Shown piece after piece: positions 1-7,357 of a DNA stretch of 24,000 bases. The translations under genes and the position numbers were made by a program. The stretch comes from Pseudanabaena sp. (lineage in GTDB: Bacteria; Cyanobacteriota; Cyanobacteriia; Pseudanabaenales; Pseudanabaenaceae), in assembly GCA_041687725.1 (NCBI GenBank), contig JBDNJN010000282.1, forward strand, positions 1 to 24,000. The letters are read 5' to 3'. A model generated the notes under the pieces. The model made no database searches. It was not told the origin of the DNA and was given only the letters and a program-made list of their open reading frames with translations. The stretch's first letter is position 1. Every line of letters begins with the position of its first letter.

Positions 1-114
1 ACAAGAGAAAACAAGCCATTTAAAATTCTTGATCAAGATTTTACAAAGATATTTTCGAGCTTCAATCGCTGGAATCCAGAAAACTCGTTCCCGAAAATGA
101 GCTAAATTAAAATG

Positions 115-3100
115 TTAAGAAACGTGTGCGGTTGCCCTGCCAATAGTACCTGTCATAGAGACAATTACATCGTTTTTCTTTATACTGATAGATTTGTATT
201 TTTCAAAAACATGATTTTCTATTGAATAAAGAGATTCTTCATTTATTTCAAAAGCTTGATTGAATGCTTCAGTTCTAACAAATTTTGGCTTTTCTTTTAT
301 ATATTCTTTGATTACATCATCTGGCGTAGTCCCATTCTTAATGTCTGAGGTTAGAACATTTCTAACAACTGTAAAACCTCTTGAATAACTTTTAATTTTT
401 GATTCTAAATCATCATATTTGGGTTGATAATATTCAGCGTCAAGCCGATCGCTTGTCCCAAAAGAAGCCGAAAAGCTCTTAATCGCAATATTTTCATCCG
501 TTGGTTGCCAGTCCTTCAACCCAAGCTCTGACAATAATAAATCTTCAGCTTGTTGATAACATTTTTCTGATTGTATTAGCTGTTTTTTTGCGAATGATAT
601 TACTTCGGAAATACGTTCTTCAAGATTTAACGAAAACTCTGGAATTGATACTTGATCCGTATCCTCTAAGATCAAGCCCATTTGGACGGCTCCGCGAGTA
701 AATCGCTTAATTTGACTTTGCCCAAATTTAGAATTTAGATAGGTAGAGAAGTATTCAGGCGTAATCTTTTTAGGGCGCAAAATTGCTAATTTACAGTTGC
801 AAGTTGCAGATTGATTTGTGCTGACAAGAGAAACGGCTCCAATAGTTCCTACAATTGAAAGTAAAACATCTCCTTTTTTAAGATGAGAGCGTTTCATATA
901 AGTTAAATTATAGGTGTCTTCATTAATGAAAATAGGCGAAGACTGCTCAATAAAAAAGTGATGTATATCTTGTCCTCGATAATATGGAATACCACTATCA
1001 GCAAAGTTCTCACTGATTTTCATGTGGTTTCCGTCAAAGACTTTAACAAAGTCAGTGATTGGTTTTAGAATTTTTTGTTTTAATATTCTTACGTTCTCAA
1101 GATATTCTTTCTTAAAAAACTCAGAATCAAGTCTGTGAGTACGTTCTAATTCACTCAATAGAACTTCAACCGCTTCTAGCTCACCCATCAACCCATTATA
1201 CTTCTCAGCATCAAACGGTATAACAGATGAGCTTAAATCAAAAAAACTTAAATTCTCCTTCTTTGCAAACTCAATAAATGCCTCAGCAATCCCATCTTGA
1301 GTTAATCCATCATGATTAAACAAATCGTGATCCACAATTAAATGACTATGTTCATCAAGCAAAAACTCACCCGAACCATCAGACTTTTTGACATAGATTT
1401 TCTCGCCCGAATTATCCTTACCACCCTTCCGCATTGTCGCAAAAAAGATATTGTAATCATCCCGATGCGGACAAAGAGCGCCAGCCGACCGATCATCATT
1501 CCACTTCTGCACAAATAACACCGAAGTCTTCGTACCCGTATGCGGCTTAAACGTATTCCCATGCAGCCCTACCACCGCCAAGATCCGACAGCGATCGGCA
1601 ATAAAATCGCGAATATACTTATCCGAAGAATTATTAAACCGACCCTGCGGCAATACCACCGCCATTCTGCCTCCCGCCTTCAAAAAGTCGAGATTGCGCT
1701 CAATAAAGAGAATATCTCGCCCCATCTTGTTTTGCCACTTACCATCACTCTTTTTTGCTAACTCATAGTGATAAATAATTCTCGGCTCCTTAATTTCTCC
1801 CGCAAAAGGAGGATTTGCCATCAACACATCAAACCGAAAATCTCGATAGTCCTTACTGCCTTTCGGGCGCAATTTCTTCAACCGATTAAATCCAGTGAAA
1901 TAGATACTTTGCCAGTCTTCCTGTTCTGCAATTTCATCCCACATCTCATAATCAAGCGTGTTTAGCTGTAAAACATTTGTCTGACCATCACCAGCAATCA
2001 GATTCAGCGTTCGCGCCACCCGCACAGCCTTTTCATCAAAATCAATTGCAAAAACCCGATCCTCAACATATTCCTTACAGCGAATCGGCTTATCTTCTAA
2101 AGAGAACAAATGACTAACTTCTAATCCCTCATCTTTTAAAATATTCTTCCAAACATGAAAAATCGCGTGAACAGGAAAGCCAGAAGAACCAGCCGCCGTA
2201 TCGATCGCATACTCATCCTCTTTTGGATTAAGCATCTTCACACACATATCAATCACATAGCGCGGCGTAAAGTATTGTCCCTTATCATCCTTACTATTTT
2301 TATTCATCAAATATTCAAAAGCCTCATCAATCACTTCCATATTGGAATTAAAAAGCTTGACATCCTGCAAAGATGCGACACAAATTCTAAAATGTGATGG
2401 AGCGAGACTAATTTTTACATCCTCACTAAAAATACCTTCCCACTTTTTCTTAGCCCGATCAAACAAATCTTGAATCTTAGTTTTAAGTTCTCCTTCCGTC
2501 TGCCCAGTATTGCGAAACTCTAAACATCTAGTACTGCGCCGCGTACCTTGTCCTGAGTACCACTCATCATAAAGCTTTGTAAAAATCAGCTTAAACAATT
2601 CCTCAAAAACATCTACCCCAGCATTAGCAAGCACTTCATCTTCCATTTCTTGAATCAAAGTTTTGAGAGATTTTTTCTCTCTCACCAATTTATCGCCAGC
2701 AATTAAATCATCAAGAGTAAAAGGTTTACCCACAATGTCTGAAAGCTTCTGATTCGCATTAGGAATATCGCTAATCGGCTCAAAATGATTAGGATCGTTA
2801 CGTTGATAATAGGAGATTTGCTCCCCATTCGTCCAAACGGCAATCGGCGCACCCGTTCCGTGACAATAGGATTTAAGCTGCTCTTTCCCATCCTTTAGTT
2901 TTGGCTTTTTTACCTCTACTAAGATATAAGCAGTATTTGGGCGATGCTTATCCATCACCACAATATCCGCCCGTTTCACCTCACGCCCAAAATTAACCCC
3001 ATATTCCACCTGAATCCGACTAACAGGATATAAATAGCGATCGCACAATACCTTTAAATAAAGCTGCCTAATCGCCTCTTCAGGCGTAAGCTTAATATCT

Positions 3101-3246
3101 TTACCCCGCACCAAACACTTAATGTAAGGCACATCCCCCTTAGCACTAGATTTCAAAAAAATAGACTGCTCTAACCAAGCTACCTCTCCAGCCTTAAACT
3201 GTGAAAGCTTGTACTCAGAGTCTTTAAGAATTTTAGCTAGATTCAT
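115..3246 (-). CDS. Single-chain R-M-S restriction-modification enzyme (type IIB/IIG-like): N-terminal PD-(D/E)XK nuclease, gamma-class N6-adenine methyltransferase and two HsdS-like target-recognition domains. The second TRD is truncated by a stop codon.
   Basis: The 1046-aa ORF runs 115..3255 from a TTG; the first ATG (MNLAKIL) is at 3244-3246. The nuclease-like motif is ADIVVMD...YILVEVKKPK. Methyltransferase motif I is AIDTAAGSSGFPV and motif IV is MANPPFAG. Two TRD openings are seen, RLDSEFF and RLDAEYYQPKY, each followed by a GTIG motif (SIVGTIGAVS and SMTGTIGRAT). TRD2 stops 7 residues after its GTIG. Confidence 0.8.
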   Translation of the reverse strand: MNLAKILKDSEYKLSQFKAGEVAWLEQSIFLKSSAKGDVPYIKCLVRGKDIKLTPEEAIRQLYLKVLCDRYLYPVSRIQVEYGVNFGREVKRADIVVMDKHRPNTAYILVEVKKPKLKDGKEQLKSYCHGTGAPIAVWTNGEQISYYQRNDPNHFEPISDIPNANQKLSDIVGKPFTLDDLIAGDKLVREKKSLKTLIQEMEDEVLANAGVDVFEELFKLIFTKLYDEWYSGQGTRRSTRCLEFRNTGQTEGELKTKIQDLFDRAKKKWEGIFSEDVKISLAPSHFRICVASLQDVKLFNSNMEVIDEAFEYLMNKNSKDDKGQYFTPRYVIDMCVKMLNPKEDEYAIDTAAGSSGFPVHAIFHVWKNILKDEGLEVSHLFSLEDKPIRCKEYVEDRVFAIDFDEKAVRVARTLNLIAGDGQTNVLQLNTLDYEMWDEIAEQEDWQSIYFTGFNRLKKLRPKGSKDYRDFRFDVLMANPPFAGEIKEPRIIYHYELAKKSDGKWQNKMGRDILFIERNLDFLKAGGRMAVVLPQGRFNNSSDKYIRDFIADRCRILAVVGLHGNTFKPHTGTKTSVLFVQKWNDDRSAGALCPHRDDYNIFFATMRKGGKDNSGEKIYVKKSDGSGEFLLDEHSHLIVDHDLFNHDGLTQDGIAEAFIEFAKKENLSFFDLSSSVIPFDAEKYNGLMGELEAVEVLLSELERTHRLDSEFFKKEYLENVRILKQKILKPITDFVKVFDGNHMKISENFADSGIPYYRGQDIHHFFIEQSSPIFINEDTYNLTYMKRSHLKKGDVLLSIVGTIGAVSLVSTNQSATCNCKLAILRPKKITPEYFSTYLNSKFGQSQIKRFTRGAVQMGLILEDTDQVSIPEFSLNLEERISEVISFAKKQLIQSEKCYQQAEDLLLSELGLKDWQPTDENIAIKSFSASFGTSDRLDAEYYQPKYDDLESKIKSYSRGFTVVRNVLTSDIKNGTTPDDVIKEYIKEKPKFVRTEAFNQAFEINEESLYSIENHVFEKYKSISIKKNDVIVSMTGTIGRATAHVS

Positions 3247-3520
3247 CGGGGACAAAAATACAAAATAGAGTATTAATAATCTTCAATATTAACGTGATTA
3301 TGGTAAGTAGCCGAAACTGATTTTGATTAAAAACGCTGTTATGGGACGCGATCGCAACTGTTCCCCTTCCCGTAGCCAAAATTCTAGCATGAAGTGAAAT
3401 TTTGGTAAAGAATCGGGCTTGACTTTGGACAAGAAAGCTTAAAGGCTTCTCACTCCAATATTCAAACACTTATTTTGGAGACTAGCGATCGCTTTAAACG
3501 TTATCTAGATCGCAAGATTA

Positions 3521-3554
3521 AAAAAGAGGACTTGCAATGCAAGCCCTCTTTTTT
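3521..3554 (-). terminator. Rho-independent terminator hairpin downstream of the VOC-family gene
   Basis: AAAAAGAGG-CTTGCA...TGCAAG-CCTCTTTTT is an inverted repeat with A and T runs on both sides. It lies 2 nt after the stop codon at 3557-3559. Confidence 0.6.
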
Positions 3555-3556
3555 AT

Positions 3557-4075
3557 TTAGCCGATCACTTCGGCGATTTCAATTACCTGCCCATCAGGAT
3601 CTTTAACCAAAAAGTTAAGCGGCTTTTCGCTACGAACTTTGTGCTTGATCCCCTTAACCTGAATTTGCAACAAGAGTTGCTCCACGCAGTCACGGTTAAA
3701 GCAAATATGCCTACTACGATTAGCGTCCGTGACATTTGCCCCAGGCACAATATGCAGTTGCACATTTTTCTTTAGTTGATACCAAGCGCCCTCCATATCT
3801 GCCGAATATTTAGACTGAGCGCGTCTGGCTTCAGCAGGAATATAAATGGGGTCAGCAGGTGCGCCCATACCATATTCATAGCCATAGTAATAATGTAGCG
3901 GCACATCAGCGATCGCCAGTTTTAATTCGCCTTCGTAAAAATATCGCGCTTGATCGAGGTTAGAAACCATGATCGTATGTACTTTCGGTGCGCTGGTGAG
4001 GAACATCCACATAGCAACAGCGTATGCACCGAGCAGCATAACCATGATGCCTTGAGTAGAAAACAGTGACTCCAT
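3557..4075 (-). CDS. VOC (glyoxalase/bleomycin-resistance/dioxygenase fold) family protein with an N-terminal hydrophobic anchor
   Basis: The 172-aa ORF has a hydrophobic N-terminus (IMVMLLGAYAVAMWMFL). It then shows VOC-like motifs: HTIMVSNLDQARYFYEGELKL, and later HICFNRD...FLVKDPDGQVIEI. Confidence 0.6.
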   Translation of the reverse strand: MESLFSTQGIMVMLLGAYAVAMWMFLTSAPKVHTIMVSNLDQARYFYEGELKLAIADVPLHYYYGYEYGMGAPADPIYIPAEARRAQSKYSADMEGAWYQLKKNVQLHIVPGANVTDANRSRHICFNRDCVEQLLLQIQVKGIKHKVRSEKPLNFLVKDPDGQVIEIAEVIG

Positions 4076-4248
4076 TGTAAAGCAACTACATATAAGAGAC
4101 TTAGCTTTTTAGTTTAACGCAAGTGTCCTAGATTTAAGTCACAAAGTACACGATTGAGTAAAAGTATTACGCATAATACCGCGTCTAGGATGAAACCCGT
4201 AGTTTTTATAGAGGGTCGCAGGGCGAAGCCCAGCTTCAATTTTTCTTT

Positions 4249-4273
4249 CGCCAATTCAAACTTGAAGTGCAAC
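4249..4273 (+). repeat. Left terminal inverted repeat of the IS30-like relic
   Basis: It matches the right end at 23/25 positions in inverted orientation. It lies about 70 nt upstream of the transposase start codon. Confidence 0.65.
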
Positions 4274-4343
4274 ACCTAGAGATCTTGTCATAAGGGACTC
4301 ATAAGGATATTCTGATATTTATCGTAACAATAAGGATATCTTC

Positions 4344-5003
4344 ATGAGTTATACACATCTTACCATTTCAGAGCGAGCAGAGATTTACAAATTAAGAGTG
4401 ACAGACAAATTGTCAATGTCAGCGATCGCCGCAACTATGAAGCGGTCAAAGAGTACGATATCAAGAGAGCTAAATCGTAACACCAGCGAGGAATACAAAG
4501 TTTATTTACCAGATACCGCCGATGCAACGGCAAGACAGCGCAGGGTAAAAGCAAAGGGACGATCAAGAGAATCATTGCTACGACAATAGAGGAGGTCAAA
4601 CAAAGCTTAGAGCAGTACCACAGTCTAGAACAAATAGCAGGACGGATGAAACGAGAAGGGAAGCCGACAGTGAGCTATGAGACGATTTAGCAAATACTCT
4701 AATCTATGTAAAACACCAAGAACTGGGGATGCGGAAGCAATATCTGAGACAGAAACGGAGGCGGCGAAAAGGAGTGAAGCAGAAACGTGGAGGAATTCCC
4801 AATCGAGTGGGAGCGAATTGAACGAGCATACAAATAGATTGATTAGGCAATTCTATCCCAAATCCACGAATTTTAAGATGGTGAAGGAAGAGGACTTCTA
4901 GAAGATTGTGAATTTGACAACCATAGACCAAGAGATTCTCTTGACTAGCGCACGCCTCATGAAGTATTCTTTGGGGCATCAGAACCTGTTGAACTTCAAA
5001 TTT
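4344..5003 (+). pseudogene. IS30-family transposase pseudogene with frameshifts, internal stops and a deleted DDE core
   Basis: Frame 1 encodes the N-terminal HTH (MSYTHLTISERAEIYKL...STISRELNRN). After a frame shift comes TTIEEVKQSLEQYHSLEQIAGRMKREGKPTVSYETI. Next is YLRQKRRRRKGVKQKRGGIPNRV. This is joined directly to the C-terminal NEHTNRLIRQFYPKSTNF. A further frame shift gives FDNHRPRDSLD*RTPHEVF. The roughly 150 aa that carry the first two catalytic Asp residues are absent. Confidence 0.7.
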
Positions 5004-5012
5004 GAATTGGCG
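4988..5012 (-). repeat. Right terminal inverted repeat of the IS30-like relic
   Basis: It matches the left end at 23/25 positions in inverted orientation. It contains the perfect 20-nt palindrome CCAATTCAAATTTGAATTGG. The transposase-derived reading frame ends inside it. Confidence 0.65.
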
Positions 5013-5055
5013 CTTCTGCGTAAGATGAGTAAATAATAAACAGAATAAAAGTGTG

Positions 5056-5697
5056 ATGTTAAGCAAATACGATGCAATTGTGTTTGATTTTGATGGAGTC
5101 TTGGTTGAGTCAGTTGATGTAAAAACCAAAGCTTTTGCTGATTTATATTCTGAATACGGTGATGGGATTGTTAGACAAGTCGTTGATTACCATATTTTGA
5201 ATGGTGGATTATCGCGCTTTACTAAGTTCAAACACTATCACGAGAATTTGCTTGGGAAATCCTTAAGCAAAGAAGAAGAGATTAGCTTAGGCGAACGTTT
5301 TTCTAAATATGTAGAAGATGCTGTCATCGCAGCCGAATATGTAGCTGGAGCCTATGATTTTTTAGAGGAGTACTACCAAAGAATCCCTTTGTTTGTTGCC
5401 TCGGCTACACCAGATGAAGAATTAAACAGAATTGTCTCACGGCGAGAAATGATGCATTATTTTGTTTCAATACATGGTTCGCCTAGTAAGAAAGCAGATA
5501 TCATTGGGAATGTTTTAACAAAATATGGATTCGATCACGATCGCGTATTGATGGTTGGCGATGCGATCGCTGACTATGAAGGCGCGATCGCTGCGGATGT
5601 GAAGTTTATAGGTAGAGTTACACGGTATCCCTCAACAAACCCCTTTCCCATAGGAACTTTAGTTTTACCAGATTTAGTTGATTTAGCAAAAATATAA
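5056..5697 (+). CDS. HAD-superfamily hydrolase (phosphatase or phosphoglucomutase-like subfamily)
   Basis: HAD motif I is FDFDGVLVES, motif II is FVASATP, motif III contains SPSKK, and motif IV is MVGDAIADYEGA. The ATG is at 5056, and a GTG one codon upstream (5053) is also possible. Confidence 0.8.
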   Translation: MLSKYDAIVFDFDGVLVESVDVKTKAFADLYSEYGDGIVRQVVDYHILNGGLSRFTKFKHYHENLLGKSLSKEEEISLGERFSKYVEDAVIAAEYVAGAYDFLEEYYQRIPLFVASATPDEELNRIVSRREMMHYFVSIHGSPSKKADIIGNVLTKYGFDHDRVLMVGDAIADYEGAIAADVKFIGRVTRYPSTNPFPIGTLVLPDLVDLAKI

Positions 5698-5873
5698 TCA
5701 CTGAACTTCATATTTGTGATTTTGAAGGTCAACCTGATAAAATTTATGGCAACTTGGAGAAAATCTATAATGAGAATTACTTAGATTCCCTTCTAACTAT
5801 TGACTATTAACCCGCTTATGAAGTATTTTTCACTGTATACGAATATGTTTAGTTTCAAATTTGAGTCGGTAAA

Positions 5874-7292
5874 ATGTATAAGCGCATCGGCAATTGGCTA
5901 ATTATCTTTATCACCGTCTTTTGTCTTGTTACATGTAGCGCTCCCTCAAACAACAGTAAGATCACGACCCTAAACGTAGGGGCAGGCGGTGCAGACGAAT
6001 TCAGGATTTGGTGGTATCAAGGTTTTTTGCCTGAGGAAAACACCCTAATTGCCCAATTGGTAGAAGGCTGGCAAAAAGAAAGTGGTCTGAAAGCTTCATT
6101 AAGACTTGTCCCGACTAACCTTTTAGATTCAGAAGTAACTAAAGCCCTAGAAACAGGAAGTCAGCCAGATCTTCTCTACAGTACGACCGCTGACACTAAT
6201 CTCTTCCCAAAACTAGCTTGGAAAAATGAGCTTGCTGATGTTTCCGACATAATTCAACCAATTAAAGATACTTATATACCTACTGCCTTACAAGTTGTTA
6301 ATTATCAGAATGGAGTAACTAAAAAACGCAGCTACTATGCAGCCCCGATCGGTCAGCAAACTGTTCATATTTTTTATTGGAAAAATCTTTTAGAACAAGC
6401 AGGTTTTAAGGAGACTGATATACCTAAAGAATGGGATAAGTATTGGAAATTTTGGCAATCAGTACAAACGAATCTCCGAGATATAAAAGGTGTCAATAAC
6501 ATATACAGCATAGGGCTACCAATGTCAGATTTGGGGACAGACACTTTTTTGTTCTTTGAAGAATTCCTTGAAGCTTATGATGTCAAAATCGTTGATGATA
6601 GTGGCAATCTCTTGATCGAGGAAACTGGTAACAAAGACAAAATAATTTTAGCTCTTAAAAAGTACACTGAATTATACATAGGTGGATATGTCCCGCCCAA
6701 AGCAGTCGAATGGAGTGACTCTGGGAACAATATCAGCTTTTTGGAGAGTGAGTCAGTCATGACTCTTAATGGTAGTTTGTCAATTCCATTGACTCAAAAG
6801 TTACCTAAAAATAAGTATAATGAAACTTCCCGCGATTTATATTTTAATAAAATTGTCACAGATGATTTACCTAACAGACCTGATGGTTCTGATTTAAAAT
6901 CCATCTTAGGGATCAAGCAAGTCGTAATATTTGAGAAGTCAAAACATAAAGACCAAGCAAAAAGCTTTATGAAATATTTCTTGAGACCAGAAATCCTAAA
7001 TAAATTCATTAAAGAAGGCAGTAAGGGGCGATTAATTCCAGTAATGCCGCAACTTTTGGAAGACCCATTTTGGAAAGAAGCCGATCCCCATTTTTCCTCA
7101 GCAATTAATCAATTACTAAAGGAGCCAACTCGTCCATCTTATGAAGCAATCAACCCTGCCTATAGTGTTGTTTTAGAAAAAAATATTTGGCCCAAGACAA
7201 TCCTAAATATTGTTAGAGATAAAGTGTCGCCAGAGGAAGCCGCTACTAAAGCGATTAGCCAAATTGTTGATATTTTTTCTAATTGGAAATAG
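5874..7292 (+). CDS. Extracellular solute-binding lipoprotein (ABC-transporter family-1 SBP fold, sugar or oligosaccharide type)
   Basis: The 472-aa ORF has a signal peptide with the lipobox LVTC|S (MYKRIGNWLIIFITVFCLVTCSAP). Its length and its W/Y/K-rich alpha/beta pattern are typical of family-1 SBPs. No permease or ATPase genes lie nearby. Confidence 0.7.
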   Translation: MYKRIGNWLIIFITVFCLVTCSAPSNNSKITTLNVGAGGADEFRIWWYQGFLPEENTLIAQLVEGWQKESGLKASLRLVPTNLLDSEVTKALETGSQPDLLYSTTADTNLFPKLAWKNELADVSDIIQPIKDTYIPTALQVVNYQNGVTKKRSYYAAPIGQQTVHIFYWKNLLEQAGFKETDIPKEWDKYWKFWQSVQTNLRDIKGVNNIYSIGLPMSDLGTDTFLFFEEFLEAYDVKIVDDSGNLLIEETGNKDKIILALKKYTELYIGGYVPPKAVEWSDSGNNISFLESESVMTLNGSLSIPLTQKLPKNKYNETSRDLYFNKIVTDDLPNRPDGSDLKSILGIKQVVIFEKSKHKDQAKSFMKYFLRPEILNKFIKEGSKGRLIPVMPQLLEDPFWKEADPHFSSAINQLLKEPTRPSYEAINPAYSVVLEKNIWPKTILNIVRDKVSPEEAATKAISQIVDIFSNWK

Positions 7293-7357
7293 GCTTTAAC
7301 TAAAATTTGTCATTAAATTTGTCATTGAGATTCATAAAAAATATTAGAGGTCGCAAA

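Larger units (their letters stand above)
4249..5012 (+). mobile_element. IS30-family insertion-sequence relic, internally deleted and non-autonomous, bounded by 25-bp terminal inverted repeats
   Basis: The left end CGCCAATTCAAACTTGAAGTGCAAC (4249-4273) matches the reverse complement of 4988-5012 (CGCCAATTCAAATTTGAAGTTCAAC) at 23 of 25 positions. The interior encodes only fragments of an IS30-type transposase. Confidence 0.7.

Noticed and set aside
501-2891. Several 60-80 aa ORFs inside or antisense to the R-M-S gene (501..701, 1338..1562, 1540..1761, 1768..1965, 2155..2397, 2703..2891).
   Set aside because: They are embedded in a 1046-aa ORF that has clear domain motifs. Their low-complexity, Ile/Leu/Arg-rich translations are typical of shadow frames in AT-rich DNA.
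3233-3469. A 78-aa ORF on the minus strand upstream of, and overlapping, the R-M-S start.
   Set aside because: It has no recognisable motif and overlaps the start of the large gene. It spans an intergenic region with two HIP1 sites, so it is most likely non-coding promoter DNA.
4704-5129. A 141-aa minus-strand ORF across the IS30 relic and the HAD gene start.
   Set aside because: It is antisense to recognisable IS30 transposase fragments and to the DxDGV motif region of the HAD gene. It has no motif support.
5845-5870. TTCAAATTTGA just upstream of the SBP gene resembles the core of the IS30 TIR and could be a solo IS end.
   Set aside because: Only about 15 of 21 positions match, and the shared part is an AT-rich palindrome that can arise by chance. 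There is no adjacent transposase remnant.
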